Below, one piece after another: positions 1 to 10,498 of a DNA stretch of 64,000 bases. Origin of the DNA: an uncultured delta proteobacterium (GTDB taxonomy: Bacteria; Desulfobacterota; Syntrophia; Syntrophales; UBA2185). Below the pieces are notes generated by a model, which worked only from the letters and a program-made list of their open reading frames with translations, was not told where the DNA came from and ran no database searches. How positions within the stretch are numbered: the first letter of the stretch is position 1; the number at the start of each line of letters is the position of its first letter. A program made the position numbers and the translations under genes. The stretch is taken from contig CAVOID010000003.1 of NCBI GenBank assembly GCA_963695875.1, positions 352,001 through 416,000 of the forward strand, given 5' to 3'.

Positions 1-36
1 ACTATTCACGTATCACCATTGGGTAGCAAATAGAAT

Positions 37-441
37 ATGAATTTAGCACTGGGTGGGGAACAACTCGACAAGATATATGATACCATGAAGTCGAGCCTGA
101 TCGAGATTGGTGTCGAGACTGTGCTATTACTTGATACGGCTGGAAATGTGATTACATCAGTTGATGATGGTAGTGACAGGCATGATGTTTATTCGTTGGC
201 GGCTCTCGCTGCTGCTAATTTTAGTGCAATGCGCAGTATGGCAAAAATTGCGGGAGAAGAAGAGTTCTCGCTTTTATTTCATAGAGGACAAAAGGAAAAT
301 ATCTATTTAAGCGCAGTAAGCGATGATTTTTTATTATTCGTAATTTTCAATAATGAAATGCCTTTGGGGCTCCTAAGGCTAAAAGTTGCAAAGGTTATCG
401 GGGAGTTGCTCGGTGTATTAATCACTGATTCCTCTCCGTAA
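37..441 (+). CDS. mglB: Roadblock/LC7 protein, MglB-like GAP
   Basis: 134 aa roadblock pattern (VLLLDTAGNVI, SLAALAAANFSA, LGLLRLK), directly upstream of mglA. Confidence 0.88.
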   Translation: MNLALGGEQLDKIYDTMKSSLIEIGVETVLLLDTAGNVITSVDDGSDRHDVYSLAALAAANFSAMRSMAKIAGEEEFSLLFHRGQKENIYLSAVSDDFLLFVIFNNEMPLGLLRLKVAKVIGELLGVLITDSSP

Positions 442-512
442 GCATGTATACAGCGCTCTTAGACTTTAAATGGATTTAATGAAAATGTTCTGGTTAGGAG
501 GAGGGATACGAT

Positions 513-1118
513 TTGGCGTTTATAAATCTGAAAGATAAGCTGATACAGGCCAAAATAGTATACTACGGTCCCGGCAAAGGTGGTAAGACAACAAATTTGG
601 AGTACATTTACAACAAGTGTCGAGAGCAGATAAATTCTAAAATGGTTACTATAAAGACAGAAGGTGACCGGACATTATTTTTTGATTTTTTCCCTTTTGA
701 TATAGGTAAAATAGAAGGGTATGACGTAAAAATACAGTTATATACGGTACCGGGGCAGGTGAAGTATAATTCGACGAGACGTTTGGTATTGAAGGGCGTT
801 GACGGTATTGTGTTTGTTGCGGATTCTGCAGAGGAACGAAGAAATGCGAATATCCTCTCTCTAAAAAATTTACAAGAAAATCTGACCCTTTATAAAAAGA
901 ACGTATTTGAAATACCCTTGATAATGCAATACAATAAAAGAGATATTGCAAAGGAGGGGATTCCTATTTTGGATTTAGAAACAATGGAGAAAGACCTCAA
1001 TGACGATTTAAAAGTGCCGTCCTTCGAAGCTAGTGCTCTGAAAGGTGATAATGTTATTCTGACCCTTAAGAAAATAATATCGGCAACGATGGCTTCTCTG
1101 GAAAAGGAACTGAAATAG
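513..1118 (+). CDS. mglA: MglA small Ras-like GTPase
   Basis: KIVYYGPGKGGKTTN P-loop, DRTLFFDF, LYTVPGQ, NKRD; TTG start after an AGGAGG RBS. Confidence 0.95.
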   Translation: MAFINLKDKLIQAKIVYYGPGKGGKTTNLEYIYNKCREQINSKMVTIKTEGDRTLFFDFFPFDIGKIEGYDVKIQLYTVPGQVKYNSTRRLVLKGVDGIVFVADSAEERRNANILSLKNLQENLTLYKKNVFEIPLIMQYNKRDIAKEGIPILDLETMEKDLNDDLKVPSFEASALKGDNVILTLKKIISATMASLEKELK

Positions 1119-1129
1119 GAGCGTGGAAA

Positions 1130-2813
1130 ATGGAAATAAATAAAGAATCCCCATTCATTCGCGGTATAGAAAACCGCCTTGATGCAATTTTCGAATCAGA
1201 CAAGAATCAACCTGACCAAGCAGAGGCTGATATACGTAATCTTAAAGAAGATGATCCTCTGAAAGAAGTGACCAATCGAGCGCGATGTCTCTGATACGTC
1301 TCAAGTCGCTGGCAAAAAAGATTTTAAAGTAGATGAAGCGATAGACTCAACCCAATCCTCATTTCTACGCGGCATAGAAAACCGCCTCGATGCAATTTTC
1401 GAATCAGACGACAAGCGACCTGATCAAGCAGCGGCTGATATTCGTAATCTTAAAGAAGATGATCCTCTGGAAGAGGTGGTCATCGAGCGCGACGTCTCTG
1501 ATACGTCTCAGAGTCGCTGGCAAAAAAGATTCCAAAGTCGATGAAGCGATAGACTCAGCCCAGTCCTCATTTCTACGCGGCATAGAAAACCGCCTCGATG
1601 CTATTTTCGAATCAGATGACAAGCAGACCTGATCAAGCAGCGGCTGATATACGTAATCTTAAAGAAGATGATCCTCTGAAAGAGGTGGTCATCGAGCGCG
1701 ACGTCTCTGGAGTTGACTCAAGCCGATGGCAAAAAAGATTTTAAAGTCGATGAAGCAATAGACTCAACCCCATCTCAATTGCTACAAGGAATAGATAGCC
1801 GTCTTGATGCCATTTTTGGGGCAGAAATTTCAGGGATGCATCATCTTGAAGAAGATGATGCTCTTAAGGAGGTAACCATAGAAACTGATGTTTCTGATAT
1901 GCTTCAGGACGATGAAAAAAGATTTCAAAATTGATGAGAATGTAGGCATGACCGAAAAACCCTCTTCTGGTCGTGAAAAAGAAAACCATCTTATCTTAGG
2001 GGATAGTAATATGCCTGATCATACAGAAGAAGCCGGTATTCATAATATTCCAGGGCCAGAAATTCCGAAAAAGGCTGTAGCAGAAACTGAATTGTCAAGT
2101 GAAAGGGATGACAAGGTGGAGCGCTTCGAACAACTATTCGAAGAATTAGTTACTTCCACTTCAATATGGTATTCACCTCTAAAAGACCTGAAAAGTACAG
2201 TTCTTTCGATTGAATGGGAATTGACTGATGAAAGCATGGAGAAATTCGATAAAGAGGTTAATAAATTAATTAACTTATTTGCGGAAGATAACATTGTTCT
2301 TGGCTTTCTCAGATCCTTCGCTTCTTGGGGAGATATATAAAGGCAAAGGGTATTGAAGCCCATTATGTTTCTATAAAATTACTTCTTTCCGTATATGATG
2401 ATCTTGAAAGAGTGTTATTAACCAAGGAGATGACGGAAGACAAAAAAACATGCAGTCCTGCTCGGAAATATTGGAAAATATAGAGAATGGGTGGAAACGG
2501 TGGACCTTACAGTACGCGAGGAAGATAAATGGGCAGGAGAAGAAATACCCTCAGAGGCTGCGAGAACAGACGATTCCTGATAGGCATGAGGAGGATGTCA
2601 TTACTGAGCCGATCATCGTATCAAAGATGACAGGAGAGAACCATGGAAGAAACTATACGTCCATCCAAAGATGAAGTATCGTCTTTAGACCCCATCTCCG
2701 GAATGACGCCGCATGAGGCTTTTGCTTATGCTTTGGATGAAATAAAAAAAGTAATCAGTGCTGAATTCAGTGCACTGAAGGCAGAATTAAAATTGTGGAG
2801 ACAGGGGCAATAA
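1130..2813 (+). CDS. Hypothetical acidic protein with four N-terminal 69-aa repeats and a helical C-terminal domain (several apparent indels)
   Basis: AGGAG RBS and ATG at 1130; ORF fragments 1390-2674 join through frameshifts; ends ...AELKLWRQGQ with TAA at 2811-2813. Confidence 0.7.
1153..1935 (+). repeat. Coding tandem repeat, ~207-nt unit, about 3.8 copies
   Basis: cgcggcatagaaaaccgcctcgatgcaattttcgaatcaga recurs near 1160, 1368 and 1576, with a diverged copy near 1785. Confidence 0.9.
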
Positions 2814-2935
2814 ATATGGCTAAGACCATATTTGAATTTTGCTGTCGCCACAAGGTATGGTTTCTCATTACTGAGATAAACAGTATCTAACTTTTTTAAT
2901 ATAAGGCTCAGTATATTGTATATGGAGCGGTGGAC

Positions 2936-3103
2936 ATGATTATATTTTGTGAAGAATGCGGAGAAAGATATATAATAGAACGCGATGAAATCAAAGAGAA
3001 GGTGATCACGTTCAATTGCAGGGTTTGCATGGACCCCATAAAGGTTTTATTACCGGACGCCGCAGTTATGAATCAGGCAGGTAGCGAGGGAACCAGGAAC
3101 TGA
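2936..3103 (+). CDS. Small zinc-ribbon protein (MJ0042-type), 55 aa, absent from the ORF track
   Basis: MIIFCEECGERYIIERDEIKEKVITFNCRVCMDPIKV has CxxC...CxxC; GGAG upstream. Confidence 0.75.
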   Translation: MIIFCEECGERYIIERDEIKEKVITFNCRVCMDPIKVLLPDAAVMNQAGSEGTRN

Positions 3104-3184
3104 CTGAATAGCCCATACTCATATTCAAATTCGTCAAAATGGTAGATTGAAAATACCGATATCTCGAAGATATAAGGCGACGAT

Positions 3185-4513
3185 ATGGCCATTAAAGATA
3201 AATCATTAGATCTGTTTCATGAAAAGCAAGAGCTGGACATTTATCTGTCAAGTTTAAAGACCATCCATCAGCCTGATGACGTTGCGCAGCAGAAAGACGT
3301 GGATTCTGTGGAGGCGGAAATGCGTTCGCCGGTAATCGATCAGGATAAATCATTAAATTTGATCTATGAAAAGGAAGAGACGGAGATTTTTCTGTCAAGT
3401 ATAACAACCGTACGACCTCCTGATGAAATTATGCAGGAGAAAGCTACAGTTTCTGCGGAGACGGACGAAAAGTTGCCGGTATCCGATCATTTATCCGCGT
3501 ATAAAGAGCCGGAGATACAGATTCTGTCTGATGAAGAGGCCCGACCCGCTAAAGGCTGGATGGGGGAAAATTGTAATTGCTTCACGGTCAAAAGAAGATA
3601 TGCAAATATCCGTTGCTTTACTGAAAGAAGAAAAAGCGGCTAAGAATAGTTTATCTGATATGGAGGACACGAACGAAGAGCAGCCTCAAACAGGCGACCA
3701 AAATATAACGGATGAAGCTATGGTTGTGAAGGGGCTGCCTGGTTTTGTTCAGACGAAGGAAGTTGCCGTACAGATGTCAGATGCTGTAGCTATACCGCAA
3801 TCTGATGAGATCGGAAATGCAGAACATAACGTTGTCCTGAAATCCCAACAGCAGACTGAAATTGTACCGGAAACACCCAGTGTGAAAAAGGATGAAAAAC
3901 TGAAAAAGCTAACACCTGAACCTTCAAGAAAGAAAAGCAAACAAGTTTCTTGGGGCGCCAGTATGCGTTTGTTTGCCCTCTTCCTGGTATTTATTGTCGT
4001 GATTGAGGGTTATTTGTGGATGTATCCTGATGTGGGGTATCAAACAATTGAATGGATGCATTCTAATTTCCCCATGATGGATCAGCTTTTAGGGATTGAG
4101 AAGTCAGCAGCGGGATATCATTACTGATCAGGTCGAATTCATCAATGTGAGACAGCGATTTGTAAAGAATGAATCGTTGGGAAACCTCAGGGTCATAGAA
4201 GGGGAAGTGTGTAAATCGAGCAGATTTTCCCATTGCGAAAATAAAGGTCATGGGAGAGCTGTTTGATTCTAGCGAGGCATTGCTGGCTGCACGGATATCT
4301 TACTGCGGCAATGTTCTCCCGGATGAAACACTTGGTAGGCTCAAGGAAGAAGAAATTCGCTCGGTCCTATCTATTTCGTCTGGTGGCAACTTATCTAACA
4401 ACAAAATATTGCCCAAGGGTCAGTTACCGTTTATGATTGTGTTTACACGCGAACCAACAGGTGTCGCTAAAGCTACCGTTACAGCCGTGGGGGCTGAAAG
4501 AATCTCACCATAA
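3185..4513 (+). CDS. DUF3426-like membrane protein (acidic N-terminus, one TM helix, C-terminal domain); frameshifted
   Basis: TM segment LFALFLVFIVVIEGYLW; C-terminal ISYCGNVL...ILPKGQLPFMIVF; fragments 3185-3643, 3423-4127, 4250-4513. Confidence 0.65.
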
Positions 4514-4558
4514 ACCTGTTTATAATATATAATCGTATTCGCCTGAGCAGGGTGGAAA

Positions 4559-6997
4559 TTATTTTATACATGCCCTGAAAACCTGCTTTAAATCAGTAAG
4601 ACCTATTATAGCTTTTGATATACCATCCTGCAGCAGTGTTCTCATTCCTTCGGAAATGGCATTCTCCCTTATGGTTTCAATAGTCGCACGTTTGAGAATT
4701 AGTCTTTTGTTTGCATCTGTATTGATGAGAAGCTCATGAATACCCATCCTGCCTTTATACCCTGAGTTTTCACAACTATCACAGCCCTTGGAGCGGTAAA
4801 GGTTAAGGTTCTTTGCGCCTGGTACATTCAGTTTATCAAATAATTTTTTCCCATAAACGCGAACTATTTCTTTATATTCTTCATCCGTGGGGTGATAAGC
4901 CTCCTTACATTTCTTGCAGAGAGTCTTCACCAACCTCTGCGCCAGAATGCCCAGCAGAGAATCTGAAAAGTTAAATGGATCAATTCCCATATCAAGAAGC
5001 CTGGTAACCGTTTCAGGTGCGCTATTCGTATGTAAGGTACTGTAGACAAGATGACCGGTCAGTGACGCTTCAACCGCGATTTTGGCTGTTTCGTAATCCC
5101 TCATTTCGCCGACCATGATAACATCCGGGTCCGACCTAAGGAAGGATCGCATTGCAGCAGCAAAGTCAAATCCAATTTTAGAGTGCACCTGAACCTGTCG
5201 AAGTCCGCGCTGGGTAATCTCAATGGGGTCCTCTGCCGTCCATATTTTCCTGTCCGGCGTATTGATATAGCGCAAGGCCGCATGAAGCATCGTTGTTTTG
5301 CCGGATCCTGTTGGTCCGACCACAAGGATTATCCCGTATGGTTTTTCGCAGAGCTTCAGCAGTTCTTTATAATTCCTTTTGGTCAATCCCTGGGCTTCCA
5401 GGGGTATTAACTTCCCCGCCGTCAGTATACGCATCACCACATCTTCGAGATTCTCCTGGGTTGGCACAGTGGCTACGCGAAGTTCAATTGCCTTCCCGTC
5501 CGGGCGCTTCATTCTAATCTTGCCATCCTGTGGTATCCTCCGGACTGTTATATCGAGGGCCGACATGATTTTGATTCTGGAGACCAGAGCTGCCCTGAAA
5601 CTGTAAGGTACAGTCATGTGGGGAATGCAGGTGCCGTCAATCCTATAACGGATCCCTACGTTTCCTGCATCTGCGTCGGGTTCAATATGAATATCTGAAG
5701 CACCTTTTTCAAACGCCTCATTTATAATCTTATTCACAAGCTGAATGACTTCGTTGTCCGATTCTTTGAGGAATGCTTCCTTAATAGCAGCCTGCCTGGC
5801 CACACCGAGAGATTCCGTGATGACCTTACTTTCAAGCTCATGAGCAATCTGATCCGCCTCATCGGTCGGCTCCGCCTCAGTCACAAGCTGCATCATCTCT
5901 TCTTCTGAATCCATGATGGCTGCTGCGCCATCAACTATGATTTCATCAGTGTCATCTTTCGCCGAAATTTCAATATCATCCGGTTCAGCAACTTCGGGCT
6001 CGTATGAATGATTTACAAATCTTATAATGTCTTCAGGCAGGGCGACATCGTATTTTACCTTATCCGTATTTAAAGTGCTTTCAATGAGTTCCCGTTTCCG
6101 TAAGTCATGAGGATCTTCAACAATAACGTGGATGTATCCTCCAATTTCCTCAAAAGGGATCCAAAGGTTACGGAGAAGGTGACTTTTTTCGAGTTTTCCT
6201 AATAGATAATCGGGAATTGTGATTCTGCGATTGAACTGAATAAATCTGCATTTATAATATATTTCAAGAGACTTGCGCATGTCATCTCTCGAAATATTAT
6301 ATTTTCTCATCAGAATGACTTCAAGGGCTTCCTTCTTGGCCATTGCTTCGCTTCTGGCTTCTTCCAATTCCTCTTCATTGATTAAGTCATGACTGATGAG
6401 GTATCCGAATTTTGTCTCTTTCTTTTTTTGCGGTTCCTTTTTCTGTTGCTTATGAAGAGCGGCACCTAGAGATTCCGAAATTTCGTGAAGCATGACGGGT
6501 TCTTCCTCGGCGAAGACGCCCAAAGGTTCTTTCTTATTTAGTATCTGGATGACACCCATTAACTCCCCGCTGTATATAATAGGCACAGCCATGACCTGCT
6601 TCGTTCGAAATCCCGTTTTTTTGTCGATTACGGCATCAAATGTCAGCTCTTTGTCAATGCTTTTCAGTTCTTCTTTATTGTAGACATCGGCAATGGTGAC
6701 GGAATTTCTTGTAGCAGCGACATAACCTGGTATACTTTGTTTGTCGATAGGCAATCTTATTTCTTCTAACTTATTCCCTTCAGGAATAATGGTGTAAATA
6801 TCTTTTTTTGTCTGGTCTGCACCGAATATGTTAACCGATTCGACTTTGAAAAGATCCATAATATGATCTTTAGTATCCATTAAAATCTGGTTCAGGTTAT
6901 CTGACGCATTAATTGTCTCTGTGATATCCTGTAACAGCTCTTGTACGCGCTGGAATTCTTGAAGTTCAGCAATTTCATCAAACTCATTGACGTCCAT
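4559..6997 (-). CDS. GspE/PilB-family secretion ATPase with N-terminal GAF domain
   Basis: GASDIHIEP, GPTGSGKTT, LRSDPDVIMVGEMRD, LTGHLVYSTLHTN, tetra-Cys motif; GAF-like residues ~30-180; likely start MDVNEF at 6997 after GGAG. Confidence 0.92.
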   Translation of the reverse strand: MDVNEFDEIAELQEFQRVQELLQDITETINASDNLNQILMDTKDHIMDLFKVESVNIFGADQTKKDIYTIIPEGNKLEEIRLPIDKQSIPGYVAATRNSVTIADVYNKEELKSIDKELTFDAVIDKKTGFRTKQVMAVPIIYSGELMGVIQILNKKEPLGVFAEEEPVMLHEISESLGAALHKQQKKEPQKKKETKFGYLISHDLINEEELEEARSEAMAKKEALEVILMRKYNISRDDMRKSLEIYYKCRFIQFNRRITIPDYLLGKLEKSHLLRNLWIPFEEIGGYIHVIVEDPHDLRKRELIESTLNTDKVKYDVALPEDIIRFVNHSYEPEVAEPDDIEISAKDDTDEIIVDGAAAIMDSEEEMMQLVTEAEPTDEADQIAHELESKVITESLGVARQAAIKEAFLKESDNEVIQLVNKIINEAFEKGASDIHIEPDADAGNVGIRYRIDGTCIPHMTVPYSFRAALVSRIKIMSALDITVRRIPQDGKIRMKRPDGKAIELRVATVPTQENLEDVVMRILTAGKLIPLEAQGLTKRNYKELLKLCEKPYGIILVVGPTGSGKTTMLHAALRYINTPDRKIWTAEDPIEITQRGLRQVQVHSKIGFDFAAAMRSFLRSDPDVIMVGEMRDYETAKIAVEASLTGHLVYSTLHTNSAPETVTRLLDMGIDPFNFSDSLLGILAQRLVKTLCKKCKEAYHPTDEEYKEIVRVYGKKLFDKLNVPGAKNLNLYRSKGCDSCENSGYKGRMGIHELLINTDANKRLILKRATIETIRENAISEGMRTLLQDGISKAIIGLTDLKQVFRACIK

Positions 6998-7015
6998 TCT
7001 ATTACTCCACTTATC

Positions 7016-7126
7016 TTGATCGCAAGAGCAGCCGGCAAGCCCCGCCTTGCATGCGGGCTGAAGGGGTCCAATGCAACGAATAGTTCTCATACCGAGAAGC
7101 CCATCCTTGCAGGCTGTTAGTTTCGC
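7016..7126 (-). mobile_element. Palindromic MITE (IS200/IS605-derived-like), related to 21452-21561
   Basis: Reverse complement aligns along its length with 21452-21561; both end ...ggcggggcttgc.gg...tcaa. Confidence 0.7.
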
Positions 7127-7192
7127 TTCATAAAAATGTTATAAAATTAAAAAAATAAATAACGTGATTTAATCTTTATTGGGCTTTCCAAT

Positions 7193-7233
7193 AAAAAACC
7201 GCCAAGCAAAACCCTGTGGTCACACTTGGCGGC
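7193..7233 (-). terminator. Intrinsic terminator overlapping the 3' end of the riboswitch aptamer
   Basis: Minus strand CCGCCAAG...CTTGGCGG followed by TTTTTT. Confidence 0.75.
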
Positions 7234-7295
7234 TTGGCTATCTATGATGAGAACCATAGCTTTCATATACCACAAATGTGGTTTAGCTTTTCAAG
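7225..7295 (-). promoter_or_regulatory. Degenerate c-di-GMP-I (GEMM-I)-like riboswitch
   Basis: Minus strand CUUG-AAAA-GCUAAACCAC-AUUU-GUGG-UAUAUG-AAAGCUAUGG...AUAGCCAAGCCGC-CAAG resembles the GEMM layout; lies upstream of a pilus/T2SS ATPase. Confidence 0.6.
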
Positions 7296-7390
7296 CTTAT
7301 GCTTTTATTATACAAGACAGCGTTCGAAGTCAAGATTTTTTATGAGCAAAGAGTTAGGAGCAGCGGTGAATGCTCTCTCGGGAAGTTAAC

Positions 7391-8338
7391 CTACTTTGTA
7401 TTCCTGCTCTTTAACTCTCGGTACCAGTCTATTGTTTTTTTCAACCCATCTCGAAGGGTCGTCTTCGCCGTGAATCCAAATTCCTGAAAGGCTCTCGTCG
7501 TATCCAGCATCCTGCGTGGCTGTCCGTCAGGTTTATCTTTATCCCAAATGATCTGACCCTGAAACTCAGTCAGTTCAGTGATCAATTCAACGAGGTCTTT
7601 AATTGATATTTCGGATCCAGCTCCAATATTAACAGGTTCATTCTTATTGTAGGATTCTGTTGCTAAAACAATGGCCTCAGCAGCATCTTCCACATAGATG
7701 AATTCGCGTGTAGCCCGCCCGCTTCCCCAGACCACGACCTCCTTCTCGTTCTTCAATTTTGCGTCAACGCACTTCTTTATGAGCGAAGGAATAACGTGGG
7801 AGGATCGAGGATCGAAATTATCGCAGGGTCCGTACAGATTGACGGGAATTAGAAAGATAGAGTTGAAGCCATACTGCTGGCGATAGGCCTGAGATTGCAC
7901 AAGCATCATTTTTTTTGCAAGACCATAAGGCGCGTTTGTTTCTTCAGGATAGCCGTTCCATAGATCATCCTCCCTGAAGGGAACCGGGGTGAATTTCGGA
8001 TAGGCACAGACAGTACCTATAGCTACAAATTTCTCAATGTTCCTCAGGTACCCTTCATGGATGAGCTGAGCGCCCATGATCAGGTTTGCATAAAACAGGG
8101 TTGCGGGATTTTCCCCGTTATAACCGATGCCTCCCACTCGGGCGGCCAAATGTATGATGATATCCGGTTTCCTGTCAGAGTACATCCGCCTTATGTCAGC
8201 CAAATCTGTCAGGTCATAATCAGATGAATTTATAGCATCTATGTGATCATACCCGCGCTCTCTGAGCTTCTTAACCAAGTGATGACCCAGGAAGCCCTTG
8301 CCGCCGGTGACGGTTATTCTCTTATTCTTTGATAGCAT
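7391..8338 (-). CDS. fcl: GDP-L-fucose synthase
   Basis: [30 protein letters not shown]; adjacent to gmd. Confidence 0.92.
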   Translation of the reverse strand: MLSKNKRITVTGGKGFLGHHLVKKLRERGYDHIDAINSSDYDLTDLADIRRMYSDRKPDIIIHLAARVGGIGYNGENPATLFYANLIMGAQLIHEGYLRNIEKFVAIGTVCAYPKFTPVPFREDDLWNGYPEETNAPYGLAKKMMLVQSQAYRQQYGFNSIFLIPVNLYGPCDNFDPRSSHVIPSLIKKCVDAKLKNEKEVVVWGSGRATREFIYVEDAAEAIVLATESYNKNEPVNIGAGSEISIKDLVELITELTEFQGQIIWDKDKPDGQPRRMLDTTRAFQEFGFTAKTTLRDGLKKTIDWYRELKSRNTK

Positions 8339-8393
8339 CTATCCATTATCTCAGTTGAACTAAAGTTACGCGTGTGGGTTTGTATTCGTCATA

Positions 8394-9416
8394 TTAGCGT
8401 ATGTCACAACTTGCATAGCCTGCATCTCTCAGCGTTTTTTCTTTATTCGCTAATTCCATGTCACATTCGATCATCATATCAATTAACTGATCGAAGCTTA
8501 TCCTCGGCTTCCATCCCAGTTTCTTCCCTGCCTTGGTGGCATCTCCTAGGAGGACATCGACCTCAGTCGGCCGAAAATACTTTGGATCGATGACAACGTG
8601 TTTTTTATAATCAAGTCCAAGTCTTTGAAAGACCCTTTCAGCGAATTCGCGGACGGAATGGGTCTCTCCCGTCGCAATCACATAATCATCAGGTTCGTCC
8701 TGCTGTAGCATGAGCCACATGGCAATCACATAATCACCGGCAAACCCCCAATCTCTTTTTGCTTCTAAATTTCCAAGGTACAGTTTATCTTTGAGACCCA
8801 ATTTAATCTGTGTAGCAGCACGGGTAATTTTCCTGGTTACAAAGGTTTCACCGCGGCGGGGAGATTCATGGTTGAACAGTATGCCGTTACAGGCAAAGAT
8901 CTTATATGCCTCCCGGTAATTCTGCACCATGTGGTAGGAGTATACCTTCGCGGCTGCGTATGGACTACGTGGCTGAAGAGGGGTCGATTCATTTTGTGGC
9001 GGGGAGGCTGAACCAAACATCTCACTCGATGAAGCTTGATAGAATCTTGTCCTGATGCCGGTTTTGCGAATCGCTTCAAGCAGCCTGAGTGTACCCAGAC
9101 CGGTAACGTCACTTGTGTATTCGGGCATATCAAAGCTTACCCTGACATGGCTCTGAGCACCCAGATGATATATTTCGTCGGGTTTAATCGTATGTAACAG
9201 GTCCGTCAGTTGTCCTGATACGGAAAGGTCACCGTAATATAGGTATACGCGGGCATTAGGGTCATGGAGGTCCTTATACAGGTGGTCTATACGGTCTGTG
9301 TTGAAGGTGCTAGACCTGCGAATAAGTCCATGAACTTCATAGCCTTTATCCAGCAGTAACTCTGCCAGATAAGAGCCGTCTTGCCCTGTAATACCTGTTA
9401 TAAACGCTCTTTTCAT
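8394..9416 (-). CDS. gmd: GDP-mannose 4,6-dehydratase
   Basis: [27 protein letters not shown]. Confidence 0.97.
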   Translation of the reverse strand: MKRAFITGITGQDGSYLAELLLDKGYEVHGLIRRSSTFNTDRIDHLYKDLHDPNARVYLYYGDLSVSGQLTDLLHTIKPDEIYHLGAQSHVRVSFDMPEYTSDVTGLGTLRLLEAIRKTGIRTRFYQASSSEMFGSASPPQNESTPLQPRSPYAAAKVYSYHMVQNYREAYKIFACNGILFNHESPRRGETFVTRKITRAATQIKLGLKDKLYLGNLEAKRDWGFAGDYVIAMWLMLQQDEPDDYVIATGETHSVREFAERVFQRLGLDYKKHVVIDPKYFRPTEVDVLLGDATKAGKKLGWKPRISFDQLIDMMIECDMELANKEKTLRDAGYASCDIR

Positions 9417-9427
9417 TGCAATGATCC

Positions 9428-10438
9428 TCAGATTTTATAGTACTCTCTATACCATTCCACAAACTGTCTAATGCCATCTTCTATTGATGTCACCGGTTTG
9501 AAACCTACATCTCTCATAAGATCATCTATATCGGCAAAAGTTCTCGGTACATCACCGGGCTGAATTGGAAGCAAGTTTAATTTTGCCTTCCTGCCTAATT
9601 GTTTCTCCAGTATACGTATGAATTCAAGGAGCCCTACGGGGCTATTATTGCCTATGTTATAGATTTTGTACGGGGCGAAGCTTGTAGCAGGGTCCGGGTG
9701 GTCGCCATGCCAGTCAGGGTTAGGCGCCGGGATTTTGTCTATAGTTCTGAAGACGCCTTCCACGATATCATCGATATAGGTAAAGTCTCTTTGCATTTTC
9801 CCATTGTTATAAACGTCTATAGGCCTGTCTTCCAGGATGGCTTTTGTAAACAGAAACAGTGCCATATCCGGTCTACCCCAGGGGCCATAGACAGTGAAGA
9901 ATCTCAATCCTGTGCAGGGAAGATGGTAGAGACTCGCATATGCATGCGCCATCAGTTCATTGGACTTTTTCGTTGCTGCATAAAGGCTGACGGGATGGTC
10001 TACGTTATGGTGTACGGAAAATGGCATAAGCGTATTGGCGCCGTAGACAGAACTCGATGAGGCAAAAACCAAATGTCGGCAATTCCGGTGTCTGCACTCT
10101 TCGAGTATATTCAAAAAACCGATCAGGTTACTGTCCAGATATGCATAAGGGTTTACCAGGGAGTATCTGACTCCGGCTTGAGCTGCCAGATGGACAACGA
10201 TCTCAGGCTCATTATTTTTGAAAAGCAAGGAGGTTTGATCCCTCTGTGCAATATCTGATTTCATAAAATGGAAATCGCTGTTATCTGTAAGGAGAGCAAG
10301 TCGCGCCTTCTTCAAATTAACGTCATAGTAGTCATTTAAATTGTCTGCACCTACCACAGAATGGCCGGCCTTCAGGAGACGTTTTACTAAGTGAAACCCG
10401 ATAAAGCCGGCTGCGCCGGTGACAAGGATTTTTTTCAT
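9428..10438 (-). CDS. UDP-glucuronate 4-epimerase-like NAD-dependent epimerase
   Basis: [32 protein letters not shown]. Confidence 0.9.
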   Translation of the reverse strand: MKKILVTGAAGFIGFHLVKRLLKAGHSVVGADNLNDYYDVNLKKARLALLTDNSDFHFMKSDIAQRDQTSLLFKNNEPEIVVHLAAQAGVRYSLVNPYAYLDSNLIGFLNILEECRHRNCRHLVFASSSSVYGANTLMPFSVHHNVDHPVSLYAATKKSNELMAHAYASLYHLPCTGLRFFTVYGPWGRPDMALFLFTKAILEDRPIDVYNNGKMQRDFTYIDDIVEGVFRTIDKIPAPNPDWHGDHPDPATSFAPYKIYNIGNNSPVGLLEFIRILEKQLGRKAKLNLLPIQPGDVPRTFADIDDLMRDVGFKPVTSIEDGIRQFVEWYREYYKI

Positions 10439-10498
10439 CTTCCCAACCTTCTTGGCTCCGGCATTAGTGCTTTAATCCTTTTCCTCAAAAAAATTTAT

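Noticed and set aside
1153..1935. 207-nt repeats as a CRISPR or ncRNA array
   Set aside because: The unit is a multiple of three, is conserved throughout and reads as protein
6998..7090. N-terminal 31-aa extension of the GspE/PilB ORF
   Set aside because: Mostly derived from the inserted MITE; a better RBS precedes the ATG at 6997
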